Assembly (NCBI GenBank): GCA_041690135.1
Contig: JAWLHY010000002.1
Span: 1,072,342-1,136,341 of the forward strand
Direction: 5' to 3'
Source: Armatimonadota bacterium
GTDB lineage: Bacteria > Armatimonadota > SYMT01
DNA length: 64,000 bases
Made by a program: the position numbers and the translations under genes
Notes under the pieces: model-generated
What the model was told of the DNA's origin: nothing
Seen by the model: only the letters and a program-made list of their open reading frames with translations
Databases searched by the model: none
Shown: positions 9,802 through 19,139 of the stretch, piece by piece
How the letters are laid out: each line of letters begins with the position of its first letter
Position numbering within the stretch: position 1 is the stretch's first letter

Positions 9802-10101
9802 ATGGCAGCCAGCAGCAACGGCGCGTCGAAGCGCCGCATCACGTTCGCCGTTACCGCGCCGGAGGCGAAGGAAGTCCACATTTGCGGCACCTTCAACGAG
9901 TGGGGGGAAACCTGCACCCCCATGAAACCGGACGGAAAGGGCTCGTGGAAGGCGACGTTGATGCTCGCGCCGGGCTCTTATGAGTATCGACTGCGCGTCG
10001 ACGGTGAGTGGATCGATGATCCGGAGTGCTCGACTCGCGTGCCCAACGAGTTCGGTACCATGAACTGTGTCCGCGAAGTGCTCCCGGCCACCAAGAAGTA
10101 A
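9802..10101 (+). CDS. Stand-alone glycogen-binding (CBM48/AMPK-beta-like) domain protein
   Basis: APEAKEVHICGTFNEW...LAPGSYEYRLRVDGEWIDDP...NEFGTMN; RBS GGAGG. Confidence 0.88.
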   Translation: MAASSNGASKRRITFAVTAPEAKEVHICGTFNEWGETCTPMKPDGKGSWKATLMLAPGSYEYRLRVDGEWIDDPECSTRVPNEFGTMNCVREVLPATKK

Positions 10102-10135
10102 GCCGTCGATTTGGGTTCAGGTGCGCTCCGCCCGT

Positions 10136-10216
10136 TCTGTCGCCCCTCCGGGGCTAATTGTGCAGGCGCCAAGTCCGGGGGTTCGCACCCCCGGCTATGC
10201 TCCGGTCGCCCCTTCC
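10136..10216. repeat. REP-like palindromic element
   Basis: GCCCCTCCGGGGC and CCGGGGGTTCGCACCCCCGG hairpins between convergent genes. Confidence 0.5.
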
Positions 10217-10231
10217 ATACGGACGCATGCG

Positions 10232-10360
10232 CCGGGGCTGCAAGCGGGCTCAGGCCAGGAAACCAAGCATCCCTCCGGGGTTGCAAACGGACTCATGCCA
10301 GGAAACCAAGCATCCCTCGGGAACTGCAAACGGGTTCCTGCCGGGAAAACAGCCATCCCT
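10232..10360 (+). repeat. 43-bp tandem repeat, about 3 copies
   Basis: GCCAGGAAACCAAGCATCCCT-like starts at 10254, 10297 and 10340. Confidence 0.8.
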
Positions 10361-10383
10361 ATCTCGGTGCGGCAATCTGTAGG

Positions 10384-11421
10384 TCACCAGAGGTGGAGTC
10401 GTTTGGCCACCACCAGGGCGATGCCCACCAGCAAAACGGCGGCTCCCGAGATGAGGAAGAACCCAGTCTGTCCCATCTCGTGAAGCGGAACTGCATCGAA
10501 GTTCATCCCCCAGGCTCCGAACACCGCGCCAATCACGGCGACGCAAATCGCCACCACGGTCAAGCGCTTCATCGTCTCGTTTAGCCGGTTGGAGACGATG
10601 CTTAACTGTGCTTCCAGGGCTCCGGTCGCCATGTCGCGCTCGATGTCGATCGTATCGAGAAGCCGGAGAATGTGGTCGTAGACGTCCTGGAAGTAAGGAT
10701 ACGTCTCGGCCCGGAAAACCGCGCCTTCCCGGCGCAGGAAAACGTTGAACACTTCTCGCAGCGGGTAAATTGCTTTGCGGAGGGTGTAAAGGGTGCGCTT
10801 GATGGCGAGGAGCTTTCCGGCATCGAACGCTGCGTCCTGGCCGAACATGCCGAGCTCGAGCTGGTCCAGTTGGTCTTCCAGGTCATCCACGATCGGGAAG
10901 TAAGAGTCCACCACGCTGTCGGCGATGACGTGCACGAGGAACCCCACGTGCTCCCGGAGCGCCGGTTCGGTACGCTCCCATCTTCGCATCGCTTCTTGGA
11001 GGGACGGGATCTCCCCGCGGCGCACCGTGACCACATAGTTCCGGCCGATGAAGAGGTCGAGCTCTACCAGCTCCAGCGTGCCTTCGGTTGCCACGGAGAG
11101 CGGCGCGTACATGACCACGAAGTAATAGCCCGGATATTCGTCGACCTTGGGCCGCTGCCGCTGCTTGGCGACGTCCTCCAGGGCGAGGTGGTGAAAGCCG
11201 AACTCGCGCCGCAGGAGTTCGAGCTGGGAAGTGTCCGGATTGCGCACGTCGACCCAAAGGACCGCCTCCGGATCTTTCAGCACGTCGCTGATCCGCGCCG
11301 GGCGAAGGTGCTCGCAGTGGGTAGCGCTTCCCCGACTCAGCCACACCTGGATGGGGGCCTGGGACTTCTCTCCGTGACTGGCCGCCTGCGGTTGGGCTGG
11401 GGGACGTGGTCGCTTGGGCAT
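10384..11421 (-). CDS. corA: CorA Mg2+/Co2+ transporter
   Basis: FHHLALED...QRPKVDEY, two C-terminal TM helices with GMN signature (AWGMNF). Confidence 0.93.
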   Translation of the reverse strand: MPKRPRPPAQPQAASHGEKSQAPIQVWLSRGSATHCEHLRPARISDVLKDPEAVLWVDVRNPDTSQLELLRREFGFHHLALEDVAKQRQRPKVDEYPGYYFVVMYAPLSVATEGTLELVELDLFIGRNYVVTVRRGEIPSLQEAMRRWERTEPALREHVGFLVHVIADSVVDSYFPIVDDLEDQLDQLELGMFGQDAAFDAGKLLAIKRTLYTLRKAIYPLREVFNVFLRREGAVFRAETYPYFQDVYDHILRLLDTIDIERDMATGALEAQLSIVSNRLNETMKRLTVVAICVAVIGAVFGAWGMNFDAVPLHEMGQTGFFLISGAAVLLVGIALVVAKRLHLW

Positions 11422-11618
11422 GGGCGAGATGTCTCCGGAAGGGATTCGGGCTGCCTATGGGGGGTGTGGAAGCAATTATGTAGGTACCGCTTGCCAAATG
11501 GAGGCCGACACCCGCGCGCGGGTACCCGGCGCCGTCACTCCGGCAAGCTCCGCTGACCTCTGCGGAGAGACAGGCTCGTTCCGCGTGGTCGGAACTGTTC
11601 AGATACTTCCCCAACCCC

Positions 11619-12980
11619 TCAGATACCGCGCAGGTAGGGCAGGAAGAGGGTTGCGAGCCCGAGGAAGAAGAAGAACCCGCAGACGTCGGTAACGGTAGTC
11701 ACGAAGACGCCGGAAGACTGGGCCGGGTCGAGACGCAATGCGCGCAGTAAGACGGGGACCGAGAAGCCGGCCAGCGCCGCGGCGGTCATATTCAACAGCA
11801 TTGCCGCGAAGATGACTCCGCCCATCCAGATGTTGCCCCGCCACAACCAGACGAGGAGGCCGATCACCAGGCCGACCGCCAGCCCGTTGGCGACCCCCAG
11901 GCCCAACTCCTTGTAGAAGGTCCGCCGGGAGTTGCGCCAGTCCAGGTCGCCCAGGGCGAGGGCGCGCACGGTGACGGTGAGCGCCTGGATGCCGGCGTTT
12001 CCGCCCTGGCCCGCCACGATGGTCTGGAGCGCCGCCAGGGCCGCGACCTTCTCGATGGTGCCTTCGAACAGGCTGATCACCCAGGCGGCCAGGACGGCGG
12101 TGACGAGGTTCACGTAGAGCCACGGCAGGCGCTTCTGGAGGGACTGGCGGAAGCTGGTGTAGACGCTCTCGTCTTCCGCCACCCCGGCCAGGTGGTACAT
12201 GTCCTCGGACGCCTCTTCCTCGGCGATCTCCCGCAGCTTCTCCTGCGTGATCTGCCCGCGCAGGATGCCCCGGTTGTCGATGACGGGAATCGCCAGCAGG
12301 TGAGAACGCTGCGCCCGCGCCGCCGCCTGCTCCCGATCTTCGTTGGTGTAGGCGAAGGTCACGTCCCGCCGCATAACGTCCGCCACCGCAGTCGCCGCCG
12401 GCCGGAGGAGGAGCGCGTCGAGCGGGAGGTAGCCCCGCAGTCGCCCGATGCTATCGACCACGAACACGGCTTGAAGCTCGTCCAACTCGTCCGCCGCCGC
12501 GCGCAGGTGGGAGAGGGCTTCGCCCAGGGTCATCTGTTCCGTTACGGCCGGGGCGCCGAACGCCATGATACGCCCGGCGGATTCCTCGTCGTAACCGAGG
12601 AGCTCCCGCAGTTCACTGGCGTCTTCCGGATCGAGGCGCCGCAGGACGGCATCGGCGGTTTCCGCGTCGACCTCTTCCAGGAGGGGGAGCGCTTCGTCCG
12701 GCTCCAGGTCGGAGACCATCTCCACGAGCTGATCGGTGGGAATGTCCTCCAGCAGGTCTTCCAGCACCGTCTCATCAACCAGCGCGGCCGTCTCGCCGGC
12801 GAGATGGGGCTCGATGGCGGAGAAGATGGTATCGCGACTGGAAGGGTCCGCATGCTCCAGCAGGTCAGCCAGCACTTCGGCCGGCTGTTCCTTCAGGACC
12901 TCCCGCAGGTCCTCGTCCGCTCCCTCGCGCACCAGGTCGGCGACCCTCTCCGTAAGTGCGCGCGGATCCTGCATCTCCAT
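11619..12980 (-). CDS. mgtE: MgtE magnesium transporter
   Basis: Acidic N-domain, CBS pair, RLPWL, GGNAGIQ, DPAQSSG...TTVTD. Confidence 0.93.
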   Translation of the reverse strand: MEMQDPRALTERVADLVREGADEDLREVLKEQPAEVLADLLEHADPSSRDTIFSAIEPHLAGETAALVDETVLEDLLEDIPTDQLVEMVSDLEPDEALPLLEEVDAETADAVLRRLDPEDASELRELLGYDEESAGRIMAFGAPAVTEQMTLGEALSHLRAAADELDELQAVFVVDSIGRLRGYLPLDALLLRPAATAVADVMRRDVTFAYTNEDREQAAARAQRSHLLAIPVIDNRGILRGQITQEKLREIAEEEASEDMYHLAGVAEDESVYTSFRQSLQKRLPWLYVNLVTAVLAAWVISLFEGTIEKVAALAALQTIVAGQGGNAGIQALTVTVRALALGDLDWRNSRRTFYKELGLGVANGLAVGLVIGLLVWLWRGNIWMGGVIFAAMLLNMTAAALAGFSVPVLLRALRLDPAQSSGVFVTTVTDVCGFFFFLGLATLFLPYLRGI

Positions 12981-13134
12981 TCCTCGTCTCCCTGCTGAAA
13001 GATCTTCCCACTACCTGATATCAGGAAAGTCGATGGCCGGTTAGAATCAGATTGGGGAAAATAGTCGCGGCGTGGCCGCCCGCTCTCTGGAGGGGGTGGA
13101 GCTCCTGCGCCACTCTGGATACCGGGAGCATACG

Positions 13135-13359
13135 ATGAAGATTCGGATCGAATACTGCACCATGTGAGGGTACGTGTCTCGCGCCGCCGGTCTGGCGGAG
13201 CAGATTCTAAGCCTTTTGAAGACGCAGGTGAAGTCGCTGGAGATCATACCCAGCAGCGGCGGGGTTTTCGAGGTTTCCGTAGACGGCGACCTGATCTTCT
13301 CCAAGAAGGAGTCGGGCCGCTTTCCGGAGTGGGAGGAGATCCGCGGCGCCCTCTCGTGA
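13135..13359 (+). CDS. SelW/SelT/SelH (Rdx) family selenoprotein, 74 aa, Sec at TGA 13165-13167
   Basis: Reads MKIRIEYCTM(U)GYVSRAAGL...GGVFEVSVDGDLIFSKKESGRFP: CxxU and Rdx C-terminal motifs in one frame across the TGA; RBS GGGAG; SECIS-like hairpin follows. Confidence 0.9.
13184..13198 (+). promoter_or_regulatory. Bacterial SECIS-like hairpin
   Basis: CCGCC-GGTCT-GGCGG; G-starting loop 21 nt after the UGA, similar to the E. coli fdhF SECIS apical loop. Confidence 0.75.
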
Positions 13360-13506
13360 CCTCTGTCCCAACACCTGGGTCACCATTGCCGGCATCGGGT
13401 TGGCAGCGGCGCAGTGCAACCCATCACCCCTTCGGGGTACCCGGGCGTAGGCCTGCCCCCTTTCTCCCCTTCCCCCATTCGGTCCGGTGGGTGAGGGCCG
13501 AGACGT

Positions 13507-14994
13507 TTACCCGGTTGTCGCCATCCGGAGGATGGCTTCGAAGTCTGTGTTCGCCTCGAACCAGTCGGCCAGCCGGTCGAAGACCGGCTGGACTGCCTCT
13601 TCCTGTGATACGCCCGCGCCGAGATGTTGGAGCAGGGTGTTTCGGAGTTCGGGAGCATCGAAGAAACCGTGGAGATAGGTCCCGAAGACTTTCCCGCTGG
13701 GATCGACCCCACCTTCCGGCCGTGAGATTTTACCCTCCTTCTGGGAGCGAGTGACCGTCAGTGCCGGCATGGTCTGCCGGCCGCGGCGAGTGGTCCCGTG
13801 GTGAATCTCGTAGCCGCGGACCGGAAGTCCTTCCAGCCCCGGTAGGAGGCACCGGCCTTCCACCCGGTCGAGGGTCTTCTCCGCGGCCAGGGTAGTCTCC
13901 GCGTCCAACAGGCCCAACCCATCCATTTCCGGGTAGGCGCTCTCGATCCCTTCCGGGTCGAGAAGCCGCCTCCCAAGCATCTGGTAACCGCCGCACAGGC
14001 CGATGATCCGGCCCCCGGCGCGGGCGTGGTCCGTCAGCCGACTCGCCAGACCCCGCTCCCGCAGCCAGTAGAGATCCGCCGCCACACTGCGACTCCCGGG
14101 TAGAATCACCAGGGCGGGGTTTCCCCACTCTTCCACCCGCGTCACGTAGCGGACGCAAACCCCGGGCTCCGCCTCCAGGGGCGCAAAGTCGGTGAAGTTG
14201 GAGACGGCCGGCAGCCGGAGCACGACGACCTCCAAGGCGTCCCCCGAGTGGAGCTTTGTGTTCCGTGCGCTCAAAGCGACGGCGTCCTCTTCCTCTACCC
14301 GCAGGTCCGCCAGCCACGGCAGCACGCCGAGTGTGGGCACCCCGTACCGATGGGAGAGGTAGTCGAGCCCCGGCTGCAGCACGGTCGGGTCGCCGTGGAA
14401 CTTGTTGATGAGGAACCCCTTCACGCGGTCCCGGTCGTCCGGCGAGAGGAGTTCCAGGGTCCCCGCCAGGGAAGCGAACACGCCGCCCCGCTCGATATCT
14501 CCCACCAGTAGGACCGGGGCCTCCGCGAGGGCGGCGATCGGCATGTTGGCGCCATCCCGGTCGCGCAGGTTGATCTCGGCGGGGCTGCCCATCCCCTCCA
14601 GCACCACCACCTCGAACCGGCGGCGCAGGTCCTCCAGGGCCTCCCCGGCGATCCGGATCGCCTCGGCGGTGTGCTCCGGGCGACCGTAACCCTCGGCCAC
14701 GTAGAGCGGGCGTCCCCGCACCACCACCTGGCACCGGTGTCCCCCCAGCGGCTTGAGCAGCACCGGGTTCATGGCGGTCTCCGGCTCCACACCGCAGGCG
14801 GCGGCCTGAAAAGCCTGGGACCGGCCGATCTCCCCGCCGTCCGCGGCCACCGCGGAGTTGAGAGACATGTTTTGGGCCTTGAAGGGCGCCACCCGGTAGC
14901 CGCGCCGCGCCAGCGCCCGGCAGAGCGCCGCCGTGAGGACGCTCTTCCCCACGTGCGAGGCCGTGCCCTGAAGCATCACTGTTTGAGCAAGCAT
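13507..14994 (-). CDS. cobQ: Cobyric acid synthase
   Basis: QGTASHVGKS, PFKAQNMS, MNPVLLKP, DIERGGVFA, GLCGGYQMLG, GYEIH, GTYLHG. Confidence 0.96.
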   Translation of the reverse strand: MLAQTVMLQGTASHVGKSVLTAALCRALARRGYRVAPFKAQNMSLNSAVAADGGEIGRSQAFQAAACGVEPETAMNPVLLKPLGGHRCQVVVRGRPLYVAEGYGRPEHTAEAIRIAGEALEDLRRRFEVVVLEGMGSPAEINLRDRDGANMPIAALAEAPVLLVGDIERGGVFASLAGTLELLSPDDRDRVKGFLINKFHGDPTVLQPGLDYLSHRYGVPTLGVLPWLADLRVEEEDAVALSARNTKLHSGDALEVVVLRLPAVSNFTDFAPLEAEPGVCVRYVTRVEEWGNPALVILPGSRSVAADLYWLRERGLASRLTDHARAGGRIIGLCGGYQMLGRRLLDPEGIESAYPEMDGLGLLDAETTLAAEKTLDRVEGRCLLPGLEGLPVRGYEIHHGTTRRGRQTMPALTVTRSQKEGKISRPEGGVDPSGKVFGTYLHGFFDAPELRNTLLQHLGAGVSQEEAVQPVFDRLADWFEANTDFEAILRMATTG

Positions 14995-15079
14995 GGGTCC
15001 ACAAACTTAAATATTGAGCGTACGTTAGGAAACGAAGGCAATGTGGCAATATAGAGCCAATGCCCTCCTCCGCGGCTCT

Positions 15080-15107
15080 GTTAATGCCAAGTTAACATCC
15101 CGCTAAG
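15080..15107 (+). promoter_or_regulatory. Three 11-bp-period direct repeats (OmpR/PhoB-type box)
   Basis: GTTAAT at 15080, GTTAAC at 15091, GCTAAG at 15102, in the cobQ/prepilin divergent region. Confidence 0.4.
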
Positions 15108-15195
15108 GGTTAGCTCAGCGGGCAGCGGTAAGGTATCTCGAAGCGGCCAATGCGGTAGACATCCGCCGGTAGCCCACTTCTGGAGGTGCTTCGTC

Positions 15196-15891
15196 ATGCG
15201 ATCTCTTCACCCTCACCGATCCCCTCGCGGCTTTACTCTCATCGAACTGCTCGTGGTGATCGCGATCATTGCCATCCTGGCCGGAATGCTGTTTCCCGTG
15301 TTCGCTCGCGCCCGGGAGGCGGCGCGGTCTGCTTCCTGCCGGTCCAACCTCAAGCAATTGGGGATGGGCTTTCTGCTCTATTCCCAGGACTACGACGGAA
15401 TGGCCGTAAGCGTGGGCCTGACTATGCCCCCGTCGGAACTGCGGGCCGGCGCCGGACGGGCGGACTGGGCCGACCACATCTACCCCTATGTCAAGAACGC
15501 GGGCCTCTACGTCTGCCCGTCGGACGCGAATCTGAAGCCGACCACCGGATACGGGATCGACGGCGGCTACGGGCTCAACTGGGTCTACTTCTCCAACTTC
15601 GCGCAGGTCCAGTCGATGGAGAGCATCGAGTTCCCGTCGGAGACGATCCTGCTGACCGACAGTACCGGCTACTACGCCGTGGGCGGCCGGGGCGGTCCCG
15701 CGAACAACTGGGTGGCCCGCCTGCGCGCCCGGCACAACGACCAGTTGAACATCGCCTGGGTGGACGGTCACGTCTCGTCGCGGCGCCTGGAAGCGATCGT
15801 CGATGACAGCCGGAACGCCGGTTTTGCCGGGATCGGCAAGAACCCCAACCCGGCGAACCCTTCACGGATCAGCTACTGGGACATGGACTGA
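15196..15891 (+). CDS. Prepilin-type DUF1559 protein with H-X9-DG motif
   Basis: G|[19 protein letters not shown]...[20 protein letters not shown]. Confidence 0.92.
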   Translation: MRSLHPHRSPRGFTLIELLVVIAIIAILAGMLFPVFARAREAARSASCRSNLKQLGMGFLLYSQDYDGMAVSVGLTMPPSELRAGAGRADWADHIYPYVKNAGLYVCPSDANLKPTTGYGIDGGYGLNWVYFSNFAQVQSMESIEFPSETILLTDSTGYYAVGGRGGPANNWVARLRARHNDQLNIAWVDGHVSSRRLEAIVDDSRNAGFAGIGKNPNPANPSRISYWDMD

Positions 15892-15922
15892 CGGCGCAAA
15901 GGCACACAAGGAGATCCCCGAA

Positions 15923-16192
15923 ATGTTGAACCAGGAGCTTACTCCCGTCAAGGCCGGCGCGCTGATTGCCGCCGGGGTGCTTGGTCTCGGACTGCTGGGA
16001 TGGGCGGGCTTCCGCGGTCGCGGCGTGGCCGATGGCCCGCGGGCCGCGGTAGAGATGACCCCCGTCCGCGAGCAAATCACGGGCGAGGCGGCGCCCCAGG
16101 CTTCCGCCCCCATCGCCCCGATGTCGGACGCGGAAGCCCGCAAGCGCGAGGCCCTCGAGAACCTCAAATTCGGGGCCACGCAGTCCCGCTGA
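15923..16192 (+). CDS. Small single-TM hypothetical protein
   Basis: RBS AAGGAG, ATG, one hydrophobic helix, Ala/Pro linker, charged C-terminal helix; between two prepilin genes. Confidence 0.7.
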   Translation: MLNQELTPVKAGALIAAGVLGLGLLGWAGFRGRGVADGPRAAVEMTPVREQITGEAAPQASAPIAPMSDAEARKREALENLKFGATQSR

Positions 16193-16219
16193 ACCACGAC
16201 TATTGCAGGAACCCTTCCC

Positions 16220-17014
16220 ATGAGATCCAGAACCCGAGGATTCACCCTCATCGAACTGCTCGTGGTGATAGCGATCATCGCCATCCTCGCCGCCATCCTT
16301 TTTCCCGTGTTCGCCCAGGCCCGCGAGGCCGCGCGCCGTTCGAGCTGCGTCTCCAATCTCAAGCAGATCGGCGCCGCCGCAATCATGTATGCGACCGACA
16401 ACGACGGATTCGTGCTGCGCCTCGCGAGTTCCGTCTCGCGGATCGACCAGAACGTGCTCGGCGAGCCGGTGCCGCCCCGGGGCTATGCGGAGGCCTACTA
16501 CTGGCAGTCCCTCTGGCTGCCGTACACCAAGAACAGCCAGATTTTCTTCTGCCCCAGCGGTTACACCGCGTTCCGGAACGCGCCGCGCTACATGAACACC
16601 TCCGGCGGACAGCCGATCCGCGAGATCTGGGGCCATTACGGCATCAACTACGAGGGGCTGTGCAAGAGCCGGGCGCCGCATAACCGCATCGGCCTGGATA
16701 CGGTGGCCGAACCGGCCTCCACCTTCATGGCGATGGATAGCTGGAGCGTTTCGCCGGCGGTGGATGGCGCGGACAACCCCCTCCGGTTCTTCGGGAGCGG
16801 GGCCGTTGGCAGCGGTAACGACGTGGGTATCGGGTTCAACCTCCCACCCGGAGACCCGCGCCGGGGCGACCGGCACCAGCAGAACGTGAACATCGTGTAC
16901 TGCGACGGCCACGTGAAGAGCATGAAGGGCATGGCGCTCCTGCCGCTGGTACCTTCCGGAGGCTACAGCGCCTTCACCAACTACCGGATGGACGCCGGAG
17001 CCTGGATTCCCTGA
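16220..17014 (+). CDS. Prepilin-type DUF1559 protein with H-X9-DG motif
   Basis: G|[32 protein letters not shown]. Confidence 0.92.
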   Translation: MRSRTRGFTLIELLVVIAIIAILAAILFPVFAQAREAARRSSCVSNLKQIGAAAIMYATDNDGFVLRLASSVSRIDQNVLGEPVPPRGYAEAYYWQSLWLPYTKNSQIFFCPSGYTAFRNAPRYMNTSGGQPIREIWGHYGINYEGLCKSRAPHNRIGLDTVAEPASTFMAMDSWSVSPAVDGADNPLRFFGSGAVGSGNDVGIGFNLPPGDPRRGDRHQQNVNIVYCDGHVKSMKGMALLPLVPSGGYSAFTNYRMDAGAWIP

Positions 17015-17952
17015 ACTGCGGTCTCCAGAAGCTTTACCAGGTGTTCCAATCCATCGATCAGCCGGGGGGAGGGCCGGCAGTACAGGCCCTCCTCCAGGAC
17101 ATGGATGCGTCCGTGCCGTACCGCGGAGATCCGCTCCCAGCCCGGCCGGCGCAAGACCACTCCGGGCCTTACCTTGTGGGTTGCCACCCCGGTCCAGGCG
17201 AGGAAGATGAACTCCGGATCGGCCGCCGCCACCGCTTCCGGCGTGGGGCGGGCCGCCGCCACATCGACGTGTGCGGTTATGCTGCGGCAGCCGGCCAGTT
17301 CCGAGAGGGGCGTGAGCCAGTTCCGTTTACCGGGACAGAAGAGCGGTCGCGGCCACCACTCCCAGTAAATGCGCGGACGGGTGGGACGGGCCTCCGCCGC
17401 ACGCCGCACGCGCTGGATGCGCTCCTGCAGACCGGCGATCACCGCTTCCGCGCGGTCCGCTGTGCCCGTCAGCCGGCCCAGGATGCGGAGGTCCATCCAG
17501 ATGTCGCCCAGCGAGTGCGGCGCGAAAACGACGTAAGGCAGCAGGTGCTCCTCCAGGGCCGCCAGGTTCTTCTCCATCCCGGGAACCGTGAGCGAGGCGA
17601 CCACCAGGTCCGGCTTCAACGCCGCCACGCGCGCCATGTCGATCGCTAGGTCCGGTCCCACGCGCGGCAGCCCCGCAGTTTCCGGAGGCCAGTCCGACCA
17701 GTTGTCAATCCCCACCAGCCGGTCCGTCAGCCCGAGCGCGTGCACCAGCTCCGTGTTGCTGGGGCAGAGGGAAACGATCCGCTCCGGAATCCCCGGCCGG
17801 AGGCGAGCCGTGTGACCGCCGGACACGTGGATGGCCCCACGCTCTCCCTTGCGGAAGCCGTAGGGGCAGTTCCGGCAACCGTTCTCGCAGCAGTAGCCCC
17901 GGTTCAGGAGGAACTCTCGGGAGAGAGCTCCGTGTTCGTCAAAGGTGCGCAT
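16981..17952 (-). CDS. BtuF-like helical-backbone binding protein with N-terminal Cys-rich (DUF5522-like) module
   Basis: [15 protein letters not shown], then [11 protein letters not shown]...LKPDLV...RPSPRLIDG; no signal peptide. Confidence 0.82.
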   Translation of the reverse strand: MRTFDEHGALSREFLLNRGYCCENGCRNCPYGFRKGERGAIHVSGGHTARLRPGIPERIVSLCPSNTELVHALGLTDRLVGIDNWSDWPPETAGLPRVGPDLAIDMARVAALKPDLVVASLTVPGMEKNLAALEEHLLPYVVFAPHSLGDIWMDLRILGRLTGTADRAEAVIAGLQERIQRVRRAAEARPTRPRIYWEWWPRPLFCPGKRNWLTPLSELAGCRSITAHVDVAAARPTPEAVAAADPEFIFLAWTGVATHKVRPGVVLRRPGWERISAVRHGRIHVLEEGLYCRPSPRLIDGLEHLVKLLETAVQGIQAPASIR

Positions 17953-18146
17953 TCGAGGTCAGGTGTTCGGGAAGAGTCCACAGATGACGCAGATTGGAAA
18001 AATGAATGGCCGACGTCAGGCCGGTGGGCAATCGATCCGCGAATTAGGCTAATGGGGCGAATGGAAAGCGGTGTTCGGGTACCCCTGTGGGGCGAAAATT
18101 TGTGGGCAGTGGGCATTCGGGCATTCGGGCAATCAGACTCAAGGGG

Positions 18147-18266
18147 CATTGCGAGGAGCGAGAGACCAGAAGCAACTTCTCCGAATCGGATGAGCTTTGA
18201 GTCGGAGCCGTCAACTTCCTGAATCGGAACCTGTAAGCGACGCGGCAAGCCCCCTGGTCAGGGAAG
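18147..18266 (+). repeat. Dispersed ~120-bp element, copy A
   Basis: Colinear with 33465-33583; first 14 bp and last 34 bp identical. Confidence 0.85.
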
Positions 18267-18335
18267 TAGTTCTTACTCGGTACTCTTGATCTTGTTCGTA
18301 ATCCTGGTCCTAATCGACCCCAGCCCCTTCATCCC

Positions 18336-19139
18336 TCATTCTTCATCTTTCATCCTTCTCAATGCCACCAGCGGCACCCCCTCCGTGGGGTGGCGGAGCA
18401 CTTCGACCCGGCACTCGAAGACGGGTTCGAGCACCGCTGGGCGCAGGACCTCTGCCGGAGGGCCGTCGGCATACACGCGGCCTTCGTGCAGGAGCACGAG
18501 ACGGTCGAACCAGAGTGCGGCGAGGTTCATGTCGTGGATCGCGGCGATCACCGTGAGGCCACGCTCCTGGTTGAGGCGCTGCACCAGCCCGAGTAGGCCC
18601 ACCTGGTGATGCAGATCGAGGTGGGCGGTCGCTTCATCCAGGAGTAACAGCTTCGGCTCCTGGGCGAGCGCCATCGCCAGGGCGGCCCGCTGACGCTCCC
18701 CGCCGGAGACCTCGCCTACCAGCCGGTCCGCCAGTTCGGTGACCTGGGCGAGGCCCATGGCCAGGCGGACCGCCGCCCGGTCTTCCTCGCGTTCTCCACG
18801 TAGGGTGGAGAGATACGGCGTGCGTCCCAGCGAGATCCACTCCCGCAGGGTAAAGGCGAACGGGATGGGCAGTGTTTGCGGGACCATCGCGATCTGCCGG
18901 GCGCGTACCCGAGCCACCATCTGATTCAAGTCTTCTCCCTGGAACCGGATTCGTCCCTGAGCCGGATGGAGGGTGCCAGCAAGCAGGCTCAGGAAGGTGC
19001 TCTTGCCGGAACCGTTCCGGCCGAGCAGGGCCACGCGCTCGCCGCGACGGACGGCGAGGTCGATGCCGTCCAGGACCCTCCCCTGACCGTAGGAGAACGC
19101 CAGTTTTTCTACCTGGAGCAAGGGGGAATCGCCTACCAC
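18336..19139 (-). CDS. btuD: ABC transporter ATP-binding subunit (BtuD/FecE type)
   Basis: GRNGSGKS, VSGGERQR, LLLLDEAT, IHD; GTG start overlaps the permease stop. Confidence 0.88.
   Translation of the reverse strand: MVGDSPLLQVEKLAFSYGQGRVLDGIDLAVRRGERVALLGRNGSGKSTFLSLLAGTLHPAQGRIRFQGEDLNQMVARVRARQIAMVPQTLPIPFAFTLREWISLGRTPYLSTLRGEREEDRAAVRLAMGLAQVTELADRLVGEVSGGERQRAALAMALAQEPKLLLLDEATAHLDLHHQVGLLGLVQRLNQERGLTVIAAIHDMNLAALWFDRLVLLHEGRVYADGPPAEVLRPAVLEPVFECRVEVLRHPTEGVPLVALRRMKDEE

Noticed and set aside
12981-13134. M-box Mg2+ riboswitch upstream of mgtE
   Set aside because: Gap is short, shared with the divergent selenoprotein gene, and has no recognisable motif.
13174-13359. 61-aa ORF as listed in the track
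   Set aside because: It is the post-UGA part of the selenoprotein starting at 13135.
14995-15195. Second cobalamin riboswitch in front of cobQ
   Set aside because: No B12-box or GGGAA/ACTG core on either strand.
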